In this document: piece after piece, positions 25,955-36,702 of the stretch
Layout of the letters: each line of letters starts with the position of its first letter
Numbering within the stretch: the first letter of the stretch is position 1
Assembly: GCA_963514005.1 (NCBI GenBank)
Contig: OY740783.1
Location: 42,470,001 to 42,534,000, forward strand
Direction of reading: 5' to 3'
Origin: Raja brachyura
Lineage: Eukaryota
DNA length: 64,000 nt
Made by a program: the position numbers and the translations under genes
Notes under the pieces: model-generated
The model's database searches: none
Told to the model about the DNA's origin: nothing
Seen by the model: only the letters and a program-made list of their open reading frames with translations

Positions 25955-26590
25955 GCACAGGTATGTTGAGCTACAGATACAATGAAAAGCTTGTCGCAGC
26001 AATATCACAAGCACATAGGCAATATACAAAATATAAATTATACAAGGCAAGGAAAAGGACTATGCAAAACACTATTTGAAAACAAGTCTATTTAGTGCAA
26101 AAAGTGGACTATTATGTTCTATTACAGAAGGAGGAGTGGGGTTATACTGGTTGTTTTAAGAACCTGATAGTTGTGGTAAAATCCTGAACCTCCTGCCCGA
26201 TGTTAGCCGTGCGAAGGGAACCTGGTCCTGATGATTGACCATTGATGAAAGCTGCCGCCTTCAAGAGACATTGGCCCATGTAGATGCTTTCCATAGCAGG
26301 GAGGGCCATACCTGTGATGGACTGGGTTGAGTCCAGCACTCTCTGCAGCCTCTTGCATTCCTGTGCATTAGAATTGCCATACTAGGCCATGAAACAACCA
26401 ATCAGGATACTTTCTGCTGTACATCTCTTGAATCTGGTAGCGTATTCTGTGACATGCCAGATCTCATTAAAAAATCTTTGAAAATAGAGGCTCTGGTGTG
26501 CCTTCCTCATGATTATATTTGTGTGTTGAGCCCTGGACTGGTCATTCGAGATAATGCCAAAGAATTTGAAGCTGTCAATGCTCCCTACAC
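25955..26590 (-). mobile_element. Old Rex1-type LINE 3' fragment that hosts the CR1; its tail end lies at ~21410-21432
   Basis: caagttgagtttattgtcata (21411-21432) joins tgcacaggtatg...tacaatgaaa (25955 onward), as in the unsplit end at 32141-32180; ORF 26142-26339 resembles the Rex1 C-terminus. Confidence 0.65.
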
Positions 26591-26799
26591 TGTTAGGGTG
26601 CTATAGGGAATTGCTTGCAGTTACACAAGGAGCTGCCAATATTTCCCAAAATAGTCTAGGGCCAGGTACAGTCTTTAATGACCTAAAACATTTTAATCAT
26701 GAATAAGGCAGCAGAGCAGACAACTTTGTGTAATTATAATTAAACAAATATCATATCTGTGTATTGCTCCTGAAAATGTTTATAACTCCTGAAAATTCC

Positions 26800-27070
26800 A
26801 AAATACTTTGCTATGGGTGATGATCTTTGGAAGTAAAATGCAAGGAAAAGGCTCTGCCAATTTGTACACGGCAGCCTCCAGTAAAAAGCTTTGATAAATG
26901 ATCAGATGCCCTTGTTTGAAATTTCTGATTGAGATAAATGTTGACAATGGAGCATTTCTGAATAGTGCCACATAATTGTAATACCCACTCGAGAGCCTAC
27001 AGGATCACTGTTTAATGTCACAGTTGAAGAATGACTTCCTGACTACATCACAGTTGCCACACTGGAGCAG
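26800..27070 (-). mobile_element. Ancient Deu-domain (SacSINE1/AmnSINE-like) SINE relic
   Basis: gccaatttgtacacggcag...aatgatcagat...gattgagataaatgttg...aatagtgcca...gtttaatgtc matches my recollection of the DeuSINE core and the copy at 39240. Confidence 0.5.
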
Positions 27071-28399
27071 CTTCCATGCTCGACTCAGTGGTGAGAGTTT
27101 GAGCAAACGTTGCATCAAAACCAGTGTTAGACCTCTGATCAAAGATCTACTTCTAATTAAAAAATTAAATAACGGGCAGATAGGGAAAATAGCTTTAAAA
27201 AAAAAATTAGGATGGCCTCTTTTGAATGCTCCAAACTCAGTCTGCCTTTCTCCGAACTGTTCATAGAAAGGCAAATATTTCATTGTTGTGATGTGTTATG
27301 TTTGTAATCATAGCACTGTGATATGGAATTTATATGTGATATGTAAGACATGGATGTTTCTTTTGTATTAGAACCAGATTTATGTTTTGTTGGATGCTTA
27401 TTATACAAATTTTACCCCCATATTCAATGCTGGTTAAAGCAAATATGTAAGGATTGACTCGCATTCAATGTAATAGTTACAGTAAGTATTCATCATAGCC
27501 AGGTTTCAAACTGATGGGACTAAAAATGAACCTTCCTAATCACTTGGAAGACATTGAATAATGGATTCTTCTTTCCTTCATTTGTGTCATATTCCAAAAT
27601 AGCCCTCAACTGATGAACTACAGCACACAATGAAATTAGAAAGCTGAATGGATATCAATCATGTAGGGTGTGTTTTGTATGAAATGATTTCATAAAGGAC
27701 TGAGTTGCTCACTTTTTTGAAAGTTCATTTAAAAAGCTTTCAACTACATGTTGTTATATTTTTGTTTTCCTTTGATGGTATTTAACATGTCAGTCTATCA
27801 GTTATTATCTAACAATTGATATTGAATAATGCTTATAATTCACAGAGGTAATGACTGTACTTTTGCAGCCACAATGCGATTACAGCAGAAAGGCTACATT
27901 TAATAACATCTAAGGATATGAAGTGCTGGAGTAACTCAGCGGGTCAGGCAGCATCTCTAAAGACCATGGATAGGTGACTTTTCGGGCCAAGACCCTTTTG
28001 CAGACTTCAGATTTACTGTAATAACATTTACATCCATTGAGTGTGGTGTTTTTTAGCTGTGGTGTGTAATTTGTTAAATCACTGTGTGAATTGACAGTAT
28101 GCTGCTGAAAAAACCTGAATGGAATGAGACATTTTAAAAACATTACATAAATAAGTCAGAGTCATACAGAGTGGAAACAGGCCCTTAAGCCCAACGAATT
28201 TGCTCCACCGAAGCTTGTCCGCTTGTACAACTGTAACGTAACATCCCAACTTCTATATTCATTTGCCTATGTTTGGCCCATTTCCCTCTAAACCTTTCCT
28301 ATTTATGTACCTGTCCAAATTTCTTTTAAATGTTATTGCACCTGCTTCAACTACTTCCCCTCGCAGCTCGTTCCATATACCTACCACCCTCCATGTGAA

Positions 28400-28491
28400 G
28401 CGGCCTGAAGAAGAGTCTCGATCTGAAACGTCACTAATTCCTTCCCTCCAGAGATGCTGCCTGCCCGCTGAGTTCCAGCATTTTGTCTCTC
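28400..28491 (+). mobile_element. 92-bp solo Penelope terminal repeat with 13-bp TSD, inside a decayed CR1 3' UTR
   Basis: TSD ccctccatgtgaa at 28387-28399 and 28492-28504; insert begins five bases before CTGAAGA...GAAACGTC (28405-28432). Confidence 0.85.
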
Positions 28492-28935
28492 CCCTCCATG
28501 TGAACCCCTTAGGTTCCTATTAAATTTTATCCCCCTCATGATCCCCTGACAGTGCCGTTGAAGGTAGATAGGCTGGTGAAGAAGGCCTTTGGTATGTTGG
28601 GAATCAGGGAATTGAGTATCAAAGTTGGGATGCTATGTACAGTTGTATGACGAGACTGGCTTTGGGACATCTTGCTCAACAAAGATTAGTTGGGCCGTGC
28701 TGTATGACTCTACTTGAAAACTAACAGAACTATTGTTACTGGTCCCAAAGTGCTCCCTCTCTGACACCTCAGTCACTTGCCCATCTCGTTCCTTAAGAAG
28801 ATGTCCAGTGTTGCATCCTTTCTAGTAGTGCCCTCTATATATTGATTAAGGAATTTTCCTTGGACACATTGCACAAATCCCATCCCATGCCCTTTACTCT
28901 ATGGGTGATCCAGTCAATATAAAGGAGGTTGAAAT

Positions 28936-29256
28936 TAGTTTCAGGATTTTGTTTTGGAGACAGCGTGGAAACGGGTCCACCGAGTCCACGCTGACCATCG
29001 AATGCCCATTCACACTGATTTTACGTTATTTCAAATTTTGCCTCAACTCACTGCACACGAGGGACAATTTACAGAGGTCATGTAAACTATAACCTGCCCA
29101 TCTTTGGGATGTGGAAGGAAACCAGAGCATCTGGAGGAAGCCCACACGGTCACAGGGAGAAGTGTAAACTCTGCACAGAAAGCACCCATGGTCAGGATCT
29201 TACTCGGGTCTCTGGTGCTGTGAGACAGCAGCTCTACCAGCTGCACCACTGTTCCT
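28936..29256 (-). mobile_element. HE1-type V-SINE
   Basis: Same head, core and tail as 7562-7878. Confidence 0.8.
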
Positions 29257-29595
29257 CCTCTTGCTCTCTCACTTGCATCCCTATCACACCTGTAGCATCT
29301 GTCCCATGGAATACTGAGCTGCCAGTCCTGCTCTTCTCTCAGCCATGCCTCTGTTATGGATATAATATCCCAGTTCCCCAGACCAGCCAAGGGCAATACT
29401 TATTGCCGTAAATGATTGCTCTTAAGCCCTTGGTCATGAGTCATCCTCATGAATGTTTTCTCTTTGAGTGGTAATGGTACTCCCATAATTCCTCAGCTTC
29501 AGAAATCCCAAATGTTGATTGTGACGTTGGCTATTTATTTCTGAGTTAGGAAGATGTGTGACCCAGAGAAGAACTTGTGATGTGGCGGTGTTCCA

Positions 29596-30160
29596 ATAGA
29601 CAATAGGTGCAGGAGTAGGCCATTCGGCCCTTTAAGTCAGCACCACCATTGAATGTGATCATGGCTGATCATCCACAATCAGTACCCCGTTCCTGCCTTC
29701 TCCCCATAACCCCTGACTCCGTTATCTTCAAGAGCCCGATCTAGTGCTCTCTTGAAAGTATCCAGAGAACCGGCCTCCACCACCCTCTGAGGCAGAGAAT
29801 TCCACAGACTCACAACTCTCTGTGTGGAAAAAGTGTTTCCTCATCTCCGTTCTAAATGGCTTACTCCTTATTCTTAAACTGTGTCCCCTGGTTCTGGACT
29901 CTCCTAGCATCGGGAACATGTTTCCTGCCTCTAGCCTGTCCAAACGCTTAATAATCTGATATATTTCAATAAGATCCCCTCTCATCCTTCTAAATTCCAG
30001 AGTATCAAAACCCAGCCTCTCCATTCTCTCAGCGTATGACAGTCCCGCCATCCTGAGAATTGACCTTGTGAACCTATGCTGCACTCCCTCAATAGCAAGA
30101 ATGTCCTTCCTTAAATTTGGAGACCAAAACTACACACAATACTCCAGGTGTGGTCTCACA
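29596..30160 (-). mobile_element. CR1 LINE 3' fragment
   Basis: ORF 29728-30084 (MAGLSYAERMERLG...LEFRRMRGDLIE...RTRGHSLRI); (tattgtc)n tail. Confidence 0.9.
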
Positions 30161-30769
30161 AGTGGGCTGCTTTACTTTTACGGAACTCTTTACTGATATT
30201 GGAGCTGCAATCATCCCGGCAAGTGGAGATAGTTACATCAAATCCTTTATCTTGTACAAAGTGGTAGATTTTGAGAAGTGAAGAGGTGATTCATTCATTG
30301 TGAAACATCTGGTCTTTAACCTTCTCTTGTAGCCAAGGCAGGCCAATTGGTAGAGCTGCTGCCTCACAGTGCCAGAGATCCAGGTTTGATCCTAATCTTG
30401 GGTGCTGTCTAAACTACAGTGTATATTTAAGCTAAACTGTATTTATGTTGCTGGTCCAGCTAAGCTGGACCACTAACAGGGTACTGATTGGGGATGATCA
30501 GCCATGAGCACAATGAATGGTGGTGCTGGCTCGAAGGGCCAAATGGCCTACTCCACACTTATTGTCTATTATCTATTGTCTATAAGCTTCAGCAATGACT
30601 TCCATGATGTTGATCGTGGAGGATTTAAGAATGGAAATGTTGAAGAATGGCCTTAGGTGATTGGCTGTCCAATGTTTATCCTTGTCCTCACTGCACTAAT
30701 GCCATGATCGTTTTTGTGGTCTCAAATCGGTGAGGACAATTGGGACCATCCTGCCAACTGTATGCTACT

Positions 30770-31380
30770 GTATTGCCAACAGTCCATTCACACCCTACTG
30801 TGAATCTCATCCCAGAGAACTAACCTAAGCACACAACTGCTGACAAGAGCCATTCTCACCCTACCATCCATCACACTCCCGAGAACTAGTCCACACTCAC
30901 CACTGCTAATTATGCCCGCCCTCACTCGACTGTCAATAACACCCACTGACTACTGACCCATGCACACCACTGCTGGCAGTAGCCCACCCTCACCCTACCA
31001 TTGATCATGTCCCCCAACAACTAACTCATACACACCACTGCTGACAGTAGCCTCCCCTTGCTCTACTGTTGATCATGGCCCATGATAACTAACTCACACA
31101 CGCCACTGCTGAGAGTAGCCCATCCATGCTCTACCATTGATTGTGTCCCCAACAACTGACCTATACTTACCACTGCTAATGGTAGGCCACCCTCACTCTA
31201 GACAAGAGACAATAGGTGCAGGAGTAGGCCAATTCGGCCCTTTGTGCCAGCACCGCCATTCACAGTGATCATGGCTGATCATCCACAATCAGTACCACAT
31301 TCCTGCCTTCTTCCCATATCCCCTGAACTCTACTGTCGATTTCGCTGCCCATTGATCTACACACACCACCGCTGACCACA
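30770..31380. repeat. Diverged ~67-bp tandem repeat (about 7 units), interrupted by a CR1 tail at 31201-31326
   Basis: (c)actgct anchor recurs at about 30835, 30901, 30968, 31036, 31104 and 31171; the CR1 insert has TSD actcta at 31195-31200 and 31327-31332. Confidence 0.75.
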
Positions 31381-32130
31381 CTTCTCAATTCAACCGGTCC
31401 ATAAATCTCACCGAATGCGGGCTGCACTCTTTGACACCTGGTTTTATATCTGCTTAAGAGCTTCATCTGAATCCTGATGTTCCCACTTCATTGATGGGCC
31501 TTTTTCCTTCATAACACCCTCGGTGCCAACCACGCATAGGATTTAGCCAATTTCCTTTGCGTGCTCCGTTGAAGAACAGAACATATCTCAGGCCTCATGT
31601 AATATGAGATATGAAATACTTCTCACAACATGGAAGAAGTATTTAGCTCTTGAAATACCATACCATGGTTGTGGACCGTGTGCACGAAAATGTGATTAGG
31701 ATAGATTCGTAATTAATAGCTGGCACAGATTCAGGGGGCAGAGGTGATTGTTCCATGTATGATTCTATCACTCTACTAAATCCTTGGCATGTGAGTGCCA
31801 AAGACAGGGCTGAAGCATTCCTTATTCCCACCCAGAAATGCTGGGTAGATGAACCATTTTTACTTTCTGGAATTAATCAGATTTCAACTCATTTGATGCG
31901 CTTCACATGACGTCAAGAAGCAGTTTAGATTGTTAGGTTCAACAAAGAGTATGGGACCTGATAGTATCAGTCTATAGGCTTAAAGACTTGTATTTCAGAG
32001 CTGCCCATGTCAAGCCATGGTGTTCCAGTACAACACTGGCATCTAATGGACAGAGTAAATTTTCCCAATTGTGTCCTGACCACAAAAAAGGACGCATTTA
32101 ACTTGGTTAATTTCCACTCAAAGAGTCTAC

Positions 32131-32700
32131 TCAAGTTAAGTCAAGTTCATTATCATATGCACAAGTACAGCGAGGTATAGGATAAAAAAGTTAAGTGTTT
32201 TATTGTCATATGTCCCAGATAGAACAATGAAATGCTTACTTGCAGCAGTACAACAGAATATGTAAACATAGTACACTGTAATAAATTTGAGAAAAAATGT
32301 ATATACACACACATGTATACGTACACAAAAAAATGTACAATAGATGTCTATGTAGTTTAGAGCTTATTTGAGATAGCATTGTTAAACAGCTTAATGGCTG
32401 CAGGGAAGAAGCTGTTCCTGAACCTGGACATAACAGTTTTCAGGCTCCTGTACCATCTTCCTGGTGGTAGGGGTGAAATGAGTGTGTGGCTAGGGTGGTG
32501 TGGGTTTCTGATGATGCTAGCTGCCTTTTTGAGGCAGCGACTCTGGTAAATTCCATCGATGGTTGGGAGGTCAGAGCTCGTGATGGACTTGGCAGTGTTC
32601 ACAACTTCTTTACTCCTGGGCATTCAAGTTGCCGAACCTTGCTTGCAACAGCATTACATGTACAGAGGCTCAGAAAACAGAAACAAACTTAAATTATACA
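32131..32700 (-). mobile_element. Nested Rex1/Babar 3' fragments
   Basis: ORF 32357-32623 (RCLKKAASIIRNPHHPSHTLISPLPPGRWYRSLKT..SRFRNSFFP); two tail starts at ~32131 and ~32190. Confidence 0.75.
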
Positions 32701-32771
32701 TAAATTATACAAGGCAGTGAGAAACAAAAATTGTGGAAAAAATTGGCACAGAACACGCATTCAAATTAAAA

Positions 32772-33058
32772 CCTCGCAGTGCCAGAGACCCAGGTTCGAT
32801 TCTGATCATGAGTGCTGTCTGTGTGAAGCTTGTACATTCTCCTTGTGACTGTGGGTTTCCTCCTGGTGCTCCAGTTTCCCCAAAGATGTACGGGTTTGTA
32901 GGTTCAATGACCTTTGTTAAATCGTGCCAAATATGTAGGGAGTGGATCAGAAAGTAGGATGGCAGAACTAATGTCAGCGGGTGATTGATGATCAGCGTGG
33001 ACTTGATGGGCTGAAGCGTATGTTTCCATGCTGTATCTCTAAGCTAAGCAAGACTAAA
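32772..33058 (+). mobile_element. HE1-type V-SINE
   Basis: cctcgcagtgccagagacccaggttcgattctg (B-box-like) ... tgtttccatgctgtatctctaagctaag. Confidence 0.8.
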
Positions 33059-33109
33059 TGAAGTCCACAGTAATGCAAGTGATGATCAGTGGTGTTCCAC
33101 TGCTGAAGT

Positions 33110-33640
33110 AGGATTAGGGATGTACAGATTAGTTCAAGAACCTAATTGTTGTAGGAAATACTGACTGCTGGTATGTAACTTCCGGCTGCTGTCAATCCTG
33201 CAACGCGATGAGGGCAAGAACCAGATGGTTTGAATCCCTGATGATAGATGTTGCCGCCTTGAGGCAGCATCAAATGTGGATGCTTTAAATGCTGGGGAGG
33301 GCTCTGTCCTGCTGGACCGGGCTGAGTCCATCACTCTTTGCAGTCTCTTGTGTTCTTGCACATTGGAATTTTCTATCTCAGGTCATGATGCAACCAATGA
33401 GGATACTTTCTTCAATACTTCTTGAGGCTGGAAGGGCATGTCTGGGGATAGACCATGTCTTTGTGAAGTGGGCTGGGGGTAGACCAAGTCTCTGTGAAGC
33501 AGAGTATGCAGCGGTCCCTCATTCCCCTCCGCTACAGCGGTCGTGCTCTTCGGTCTTCCACCTTGTTCTCCTGCATCTGTACGTTTGTCCAGAAAGGCTG
33601 CTAGGAAGTAGGGCGGGGGAGTGAAGGTGGTGATCCAATG
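33110..33640 (-). mobile_element. Internally deleted Rex1 LINE: N-terminal endonuclease start joined to the C-terminus
   Basis: Reverse strand 33620-33480 reads about NVQMQENKVED.RAR...MRDRCILCFTETW (APE start); 33134-33361 reads QEHKRLQRVMDSA (C-terminus). Confidence 0.6.
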
Positions 33641-34679
33641 GTCCTATGCTGTAGTCTTGCCTGAAGGCCTACCCAGTGACCACATTTTCGAGCACAATAA
33701 AGACCTCCCTGTAGCTTCCAGGTGCTGTGCTTGTGTTATGGTCCTATGCTCAGTCTTCTGAGTCTGTCTGGTGGTCGTAAGATTGATAATGCATTCAAAT
33801 GGCTTGCAAGCTAGTTACTAGGATTTGGAGGGATAAAATATGCATGTATTTCGAAAGACAAGGGTCGATTAGGGATAGCTCGCATAATTTTATACATGGG
33901 ATTTCATGTCGCATGAAGTTGAGTTTTTTGAGTGCAAGTGGGCAATATTATGGAGCAGAGGGATCTAGTAGTATAAGTATAGTTCCGTGAAAGTAGCATC
34001 TCAGGTATGTAAAGTGGTGAAGTAGGCTTTTGCATGCTGTCGTTCAACAGTCAAGGAACTGAGTGCAGAAGTTGGGACATTATGTTACATATTGTTGTAC
34101 AAGATATCCTGTTCACTTTTGGTCATTTTACTACAGAAACTGTATTAGCCCACGGCCTAGACCCCACAGTCAATATCCTGGGGTTACCTTTGATGCAAAA
34201 TTCAATTAAACCTGCCATGAAAAGGCTATGTGCTAGGTATCCTCTGAAAAGTGACTCCTGGCCTGAAACCCTAATGACTTCAATGCAAATGTAATGACAG
34301 TTAGGGATGGCAAGAACTATTGGCTTTGCCACTGAGGATACATCTCAAAAATGCCTAAAGGTGAAGACAAATTCTATTAATATTTAATGGGGTGGCTTTG
34401 GGTTGAAAATGTTTACCAGCGGTCCACACAAGGTGAGGTTTTGTCAATACACAAGGCAATTAATGCAAGTCAAGGAAAGGCACATGAAGCCTGCACAGTT
34501 ACTAGGATGATTTTTCTGGGCCACAACATATTCTTATATGTAAAATGGTTGCAAACAGTCATTGCCGTTTTAAAGCAATAATTACAGGGCTTGTTTCAAG
34601 GTTCATTCTGTATTGCAGCAACAAGATTCACTGTGGGACATTTCAGACATGTTTCTACGGAGAAGGCACCAATACAGAG

Positions 34680-35020
34680 TTTTAGAGTCATAGTCAGAGA
34701 GATGCAGCATGGAACCATGCTCTCTGCCTCACCCTTAAGTCCTCAAGTATCCACCCCCAATCATCAAGTATGCGGTTCCTCTAATCCTACATTAATCCCA
34801 TTTTTTAAATTCTCCCCACATTCATTTTAACTCCCAAATTGTACACACTCAGAACAATTTACAGTGGCTACTTAATCTAGCAACCCACACATCTTTGGGA
34901 TATGAGAGTAAATTGAATCTCCCAGAGGAAGCCCAGTTGCCACATAGAGAATACGCAAACTCCACAGAGACGGCACACTGTGCCAGGATTGAACCCAGGT
35001 CTCTGGCATCTGATACCATC
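34680..35020 (-). mobile_element. Diverged HE1-type V-SINE
   Basis: caaactccacagagacggcac...caggattgaacccaggtctctggc head and acaatttacagtgg...acatctttggga core. Confidence 0.65.
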
Positions 35021-35359
35021 TCTCTGTCATTAGTTTGGCTTTCTGCTGACTAGATAGCAAGCGACAAAAGCTTTTCACTGTACCTCGGTACACGTGACAA
35101 TAAACTGAACTGAAACTGGATTGCTGATTACATCCGGTCTCCAAGAGAGAGAGTATATTGAAACAAGTTCCTCAGAAAATAATTTCAAACTTGTCTGCCC
35201 TGAGGTACTTTGACAATCTAATTTTCGCGTATCAAGCAATGCTGAGCTCACATTCATTTAACAACAAACTAGAGGCCTAATATCCTATTTGGAATATAAT
35301 AGAGGCCTCTTGTCCTGAAACTGGCAGATCTGAAAGCACATTATAGTAATCTCCTTTAA

Positions 35360-36702
35360 TACAGAAGGAGCTGATCGTGGACTTTAGGAGGGCACATCAT
35401 CCGAGGACGTACACACCATTGAGGATAAATGGGGATACAGTGGATAGGATGAGCTGTTTTAAATACCTGGGAGTCCACATCTCTGAGGATATGACATGGA
35501 CATCGCACGCTGCAGCACTCGTGAGTAAAGGGCCTGTCCCACCAGCATGCAACTCTATGCGATGAACGCAATCGAACCGGCAGCGGGGGCCGCGCGGAGG
35601 TCGGGTGATCCCCTGTACAGGGCCGTTCCCACCAGCATGCGCCTGTATGCGGCAAGCGCAACTAAACCGGCAGCGAGGGCCGCGCGGAGGTCGGATGAGT
35701 GGCGCAACGCGGCGCAAAGCGAGGCGAACTTGAAGCAAGTCCAAGGTAAGTTCGCCAGGACTTAGAGGGGCACACAGAGAGGGGCACCGAGACACACACA
35801 CATACAGGGCCACGGAGCCACACACATAGAGGGTCACGGAGGCACTTACAAATAGGTTCACGGAGGCACGATGTCCGGGCGGTGTGTAAATGTTGAGGCG
35901 ACTGCGAGCCGACAAGCCGTTGCCGCGCGGGATTTTTGGACATAGCCGGTTTTTTGGAGCCCCGCGCGGTGTCGGGACGAACTCGGGACGAACTCCGCAC
36001 AATTCCGCGCGGCTCCGGCGATCGAAGTGGGACCAGCCCCGCGACGCCAGACGGCTCAAGCGACCACGTTAGGTCGCGCTAATCGCATAGAGTTGCATGC
36101 TGGTGGGACAGGCCCTTAAGGCAAGGCAGCGCCTTTACCACCTCAGGCAATTGAGGAAATTCAGAGTGTCTCCAAGGATCCTCCAGTGCTTCTACTCTGC
36201 GGCTGTGGAAAGCATCTTGTCCGGAAACATTACAATCTGGTTTGGGAATTGCTCTGTCCAGGACAAGAAGGCTCTGCAGAGAGTAGTGGGAACTTCTCTC
36301 GCCCCTCTGCAGGAACTATACATCAGGAGGTGCAACTCCAGAGCCAATAAGATAATGGGAGACTCCTTCCACCCCTGCAACGGACTGTTCCAGCTCTTAC
36401 GGTCAGGCAAACGCCTCAGTGGCCATGCTGTGAGAACGGAGAGGATGAGAAGGAGTTTCTTCCCAGAGGCCATTTGGACTGTAAACTCCTAGCTCACCAG
36501 GGACTAACTCTACTAACTTACTGTACCACAATACCGCCCACAATATTTAATATGAAAAAAAACATGTGATTCTGTTTGTTGTTTGTTGGTTGTTTGTTTG
36601 TTTGTTTTTTGTACAAAGTCCGCAGGCACTGCCACTTTTCATTTCACTGCACATCCCGTATGTGTAGGTGACGAATAAACTTGACTTCACTTGACTTGAC
36701 TT
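35360..36702 (+). mobile_element. 5'-truncated Rex1/Babar LINE with a Harbinger MITE inside and a very long flanking duplication
   Basis: ORFs 35377-35565 (FKYLGVHISEDMTW) and 36097-36492 (KARQRLYHLRQLRKF...SFFPEAI); (acttg)n tail; duplicated flanks at 35292-35359 and 36703-36759. Confidence 0.9.
35529..36116. mobile_element. PIF/Harbinger-type non-autonomous DNA transposon (MITE), 588 bp
   Basis: TIR AGGGCCTGTCCCACCAGCATGCAACTCTATGCGAT at both ends; TSD TAA at 35526-35528 and 36117-36119; removing it restores the Rex1 frame (A-L-V-S-K-A-R-Q-R). Confidence 0.9.

Noticed and set aside
30770-31200. CRISPR-like ~67-bp periodicity
   Set aside because: Whole units are homologous and decayed; there is no constant repeat plus unique spacer pattern
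35397-36059. 220-aa ORF as a transposase
   Set aside because: No DDE or Myb-like motifs; it runs across the MITE boundary into Rex1 antisense sequence
35526-36120. piggyBac (TTAA) or Tc1/mariner (TA) assignment for the MITEs
   Set aside because: The rebuilt empty site and the copies at 45996 and 61690 give 3-bp TAA/TTA duplications
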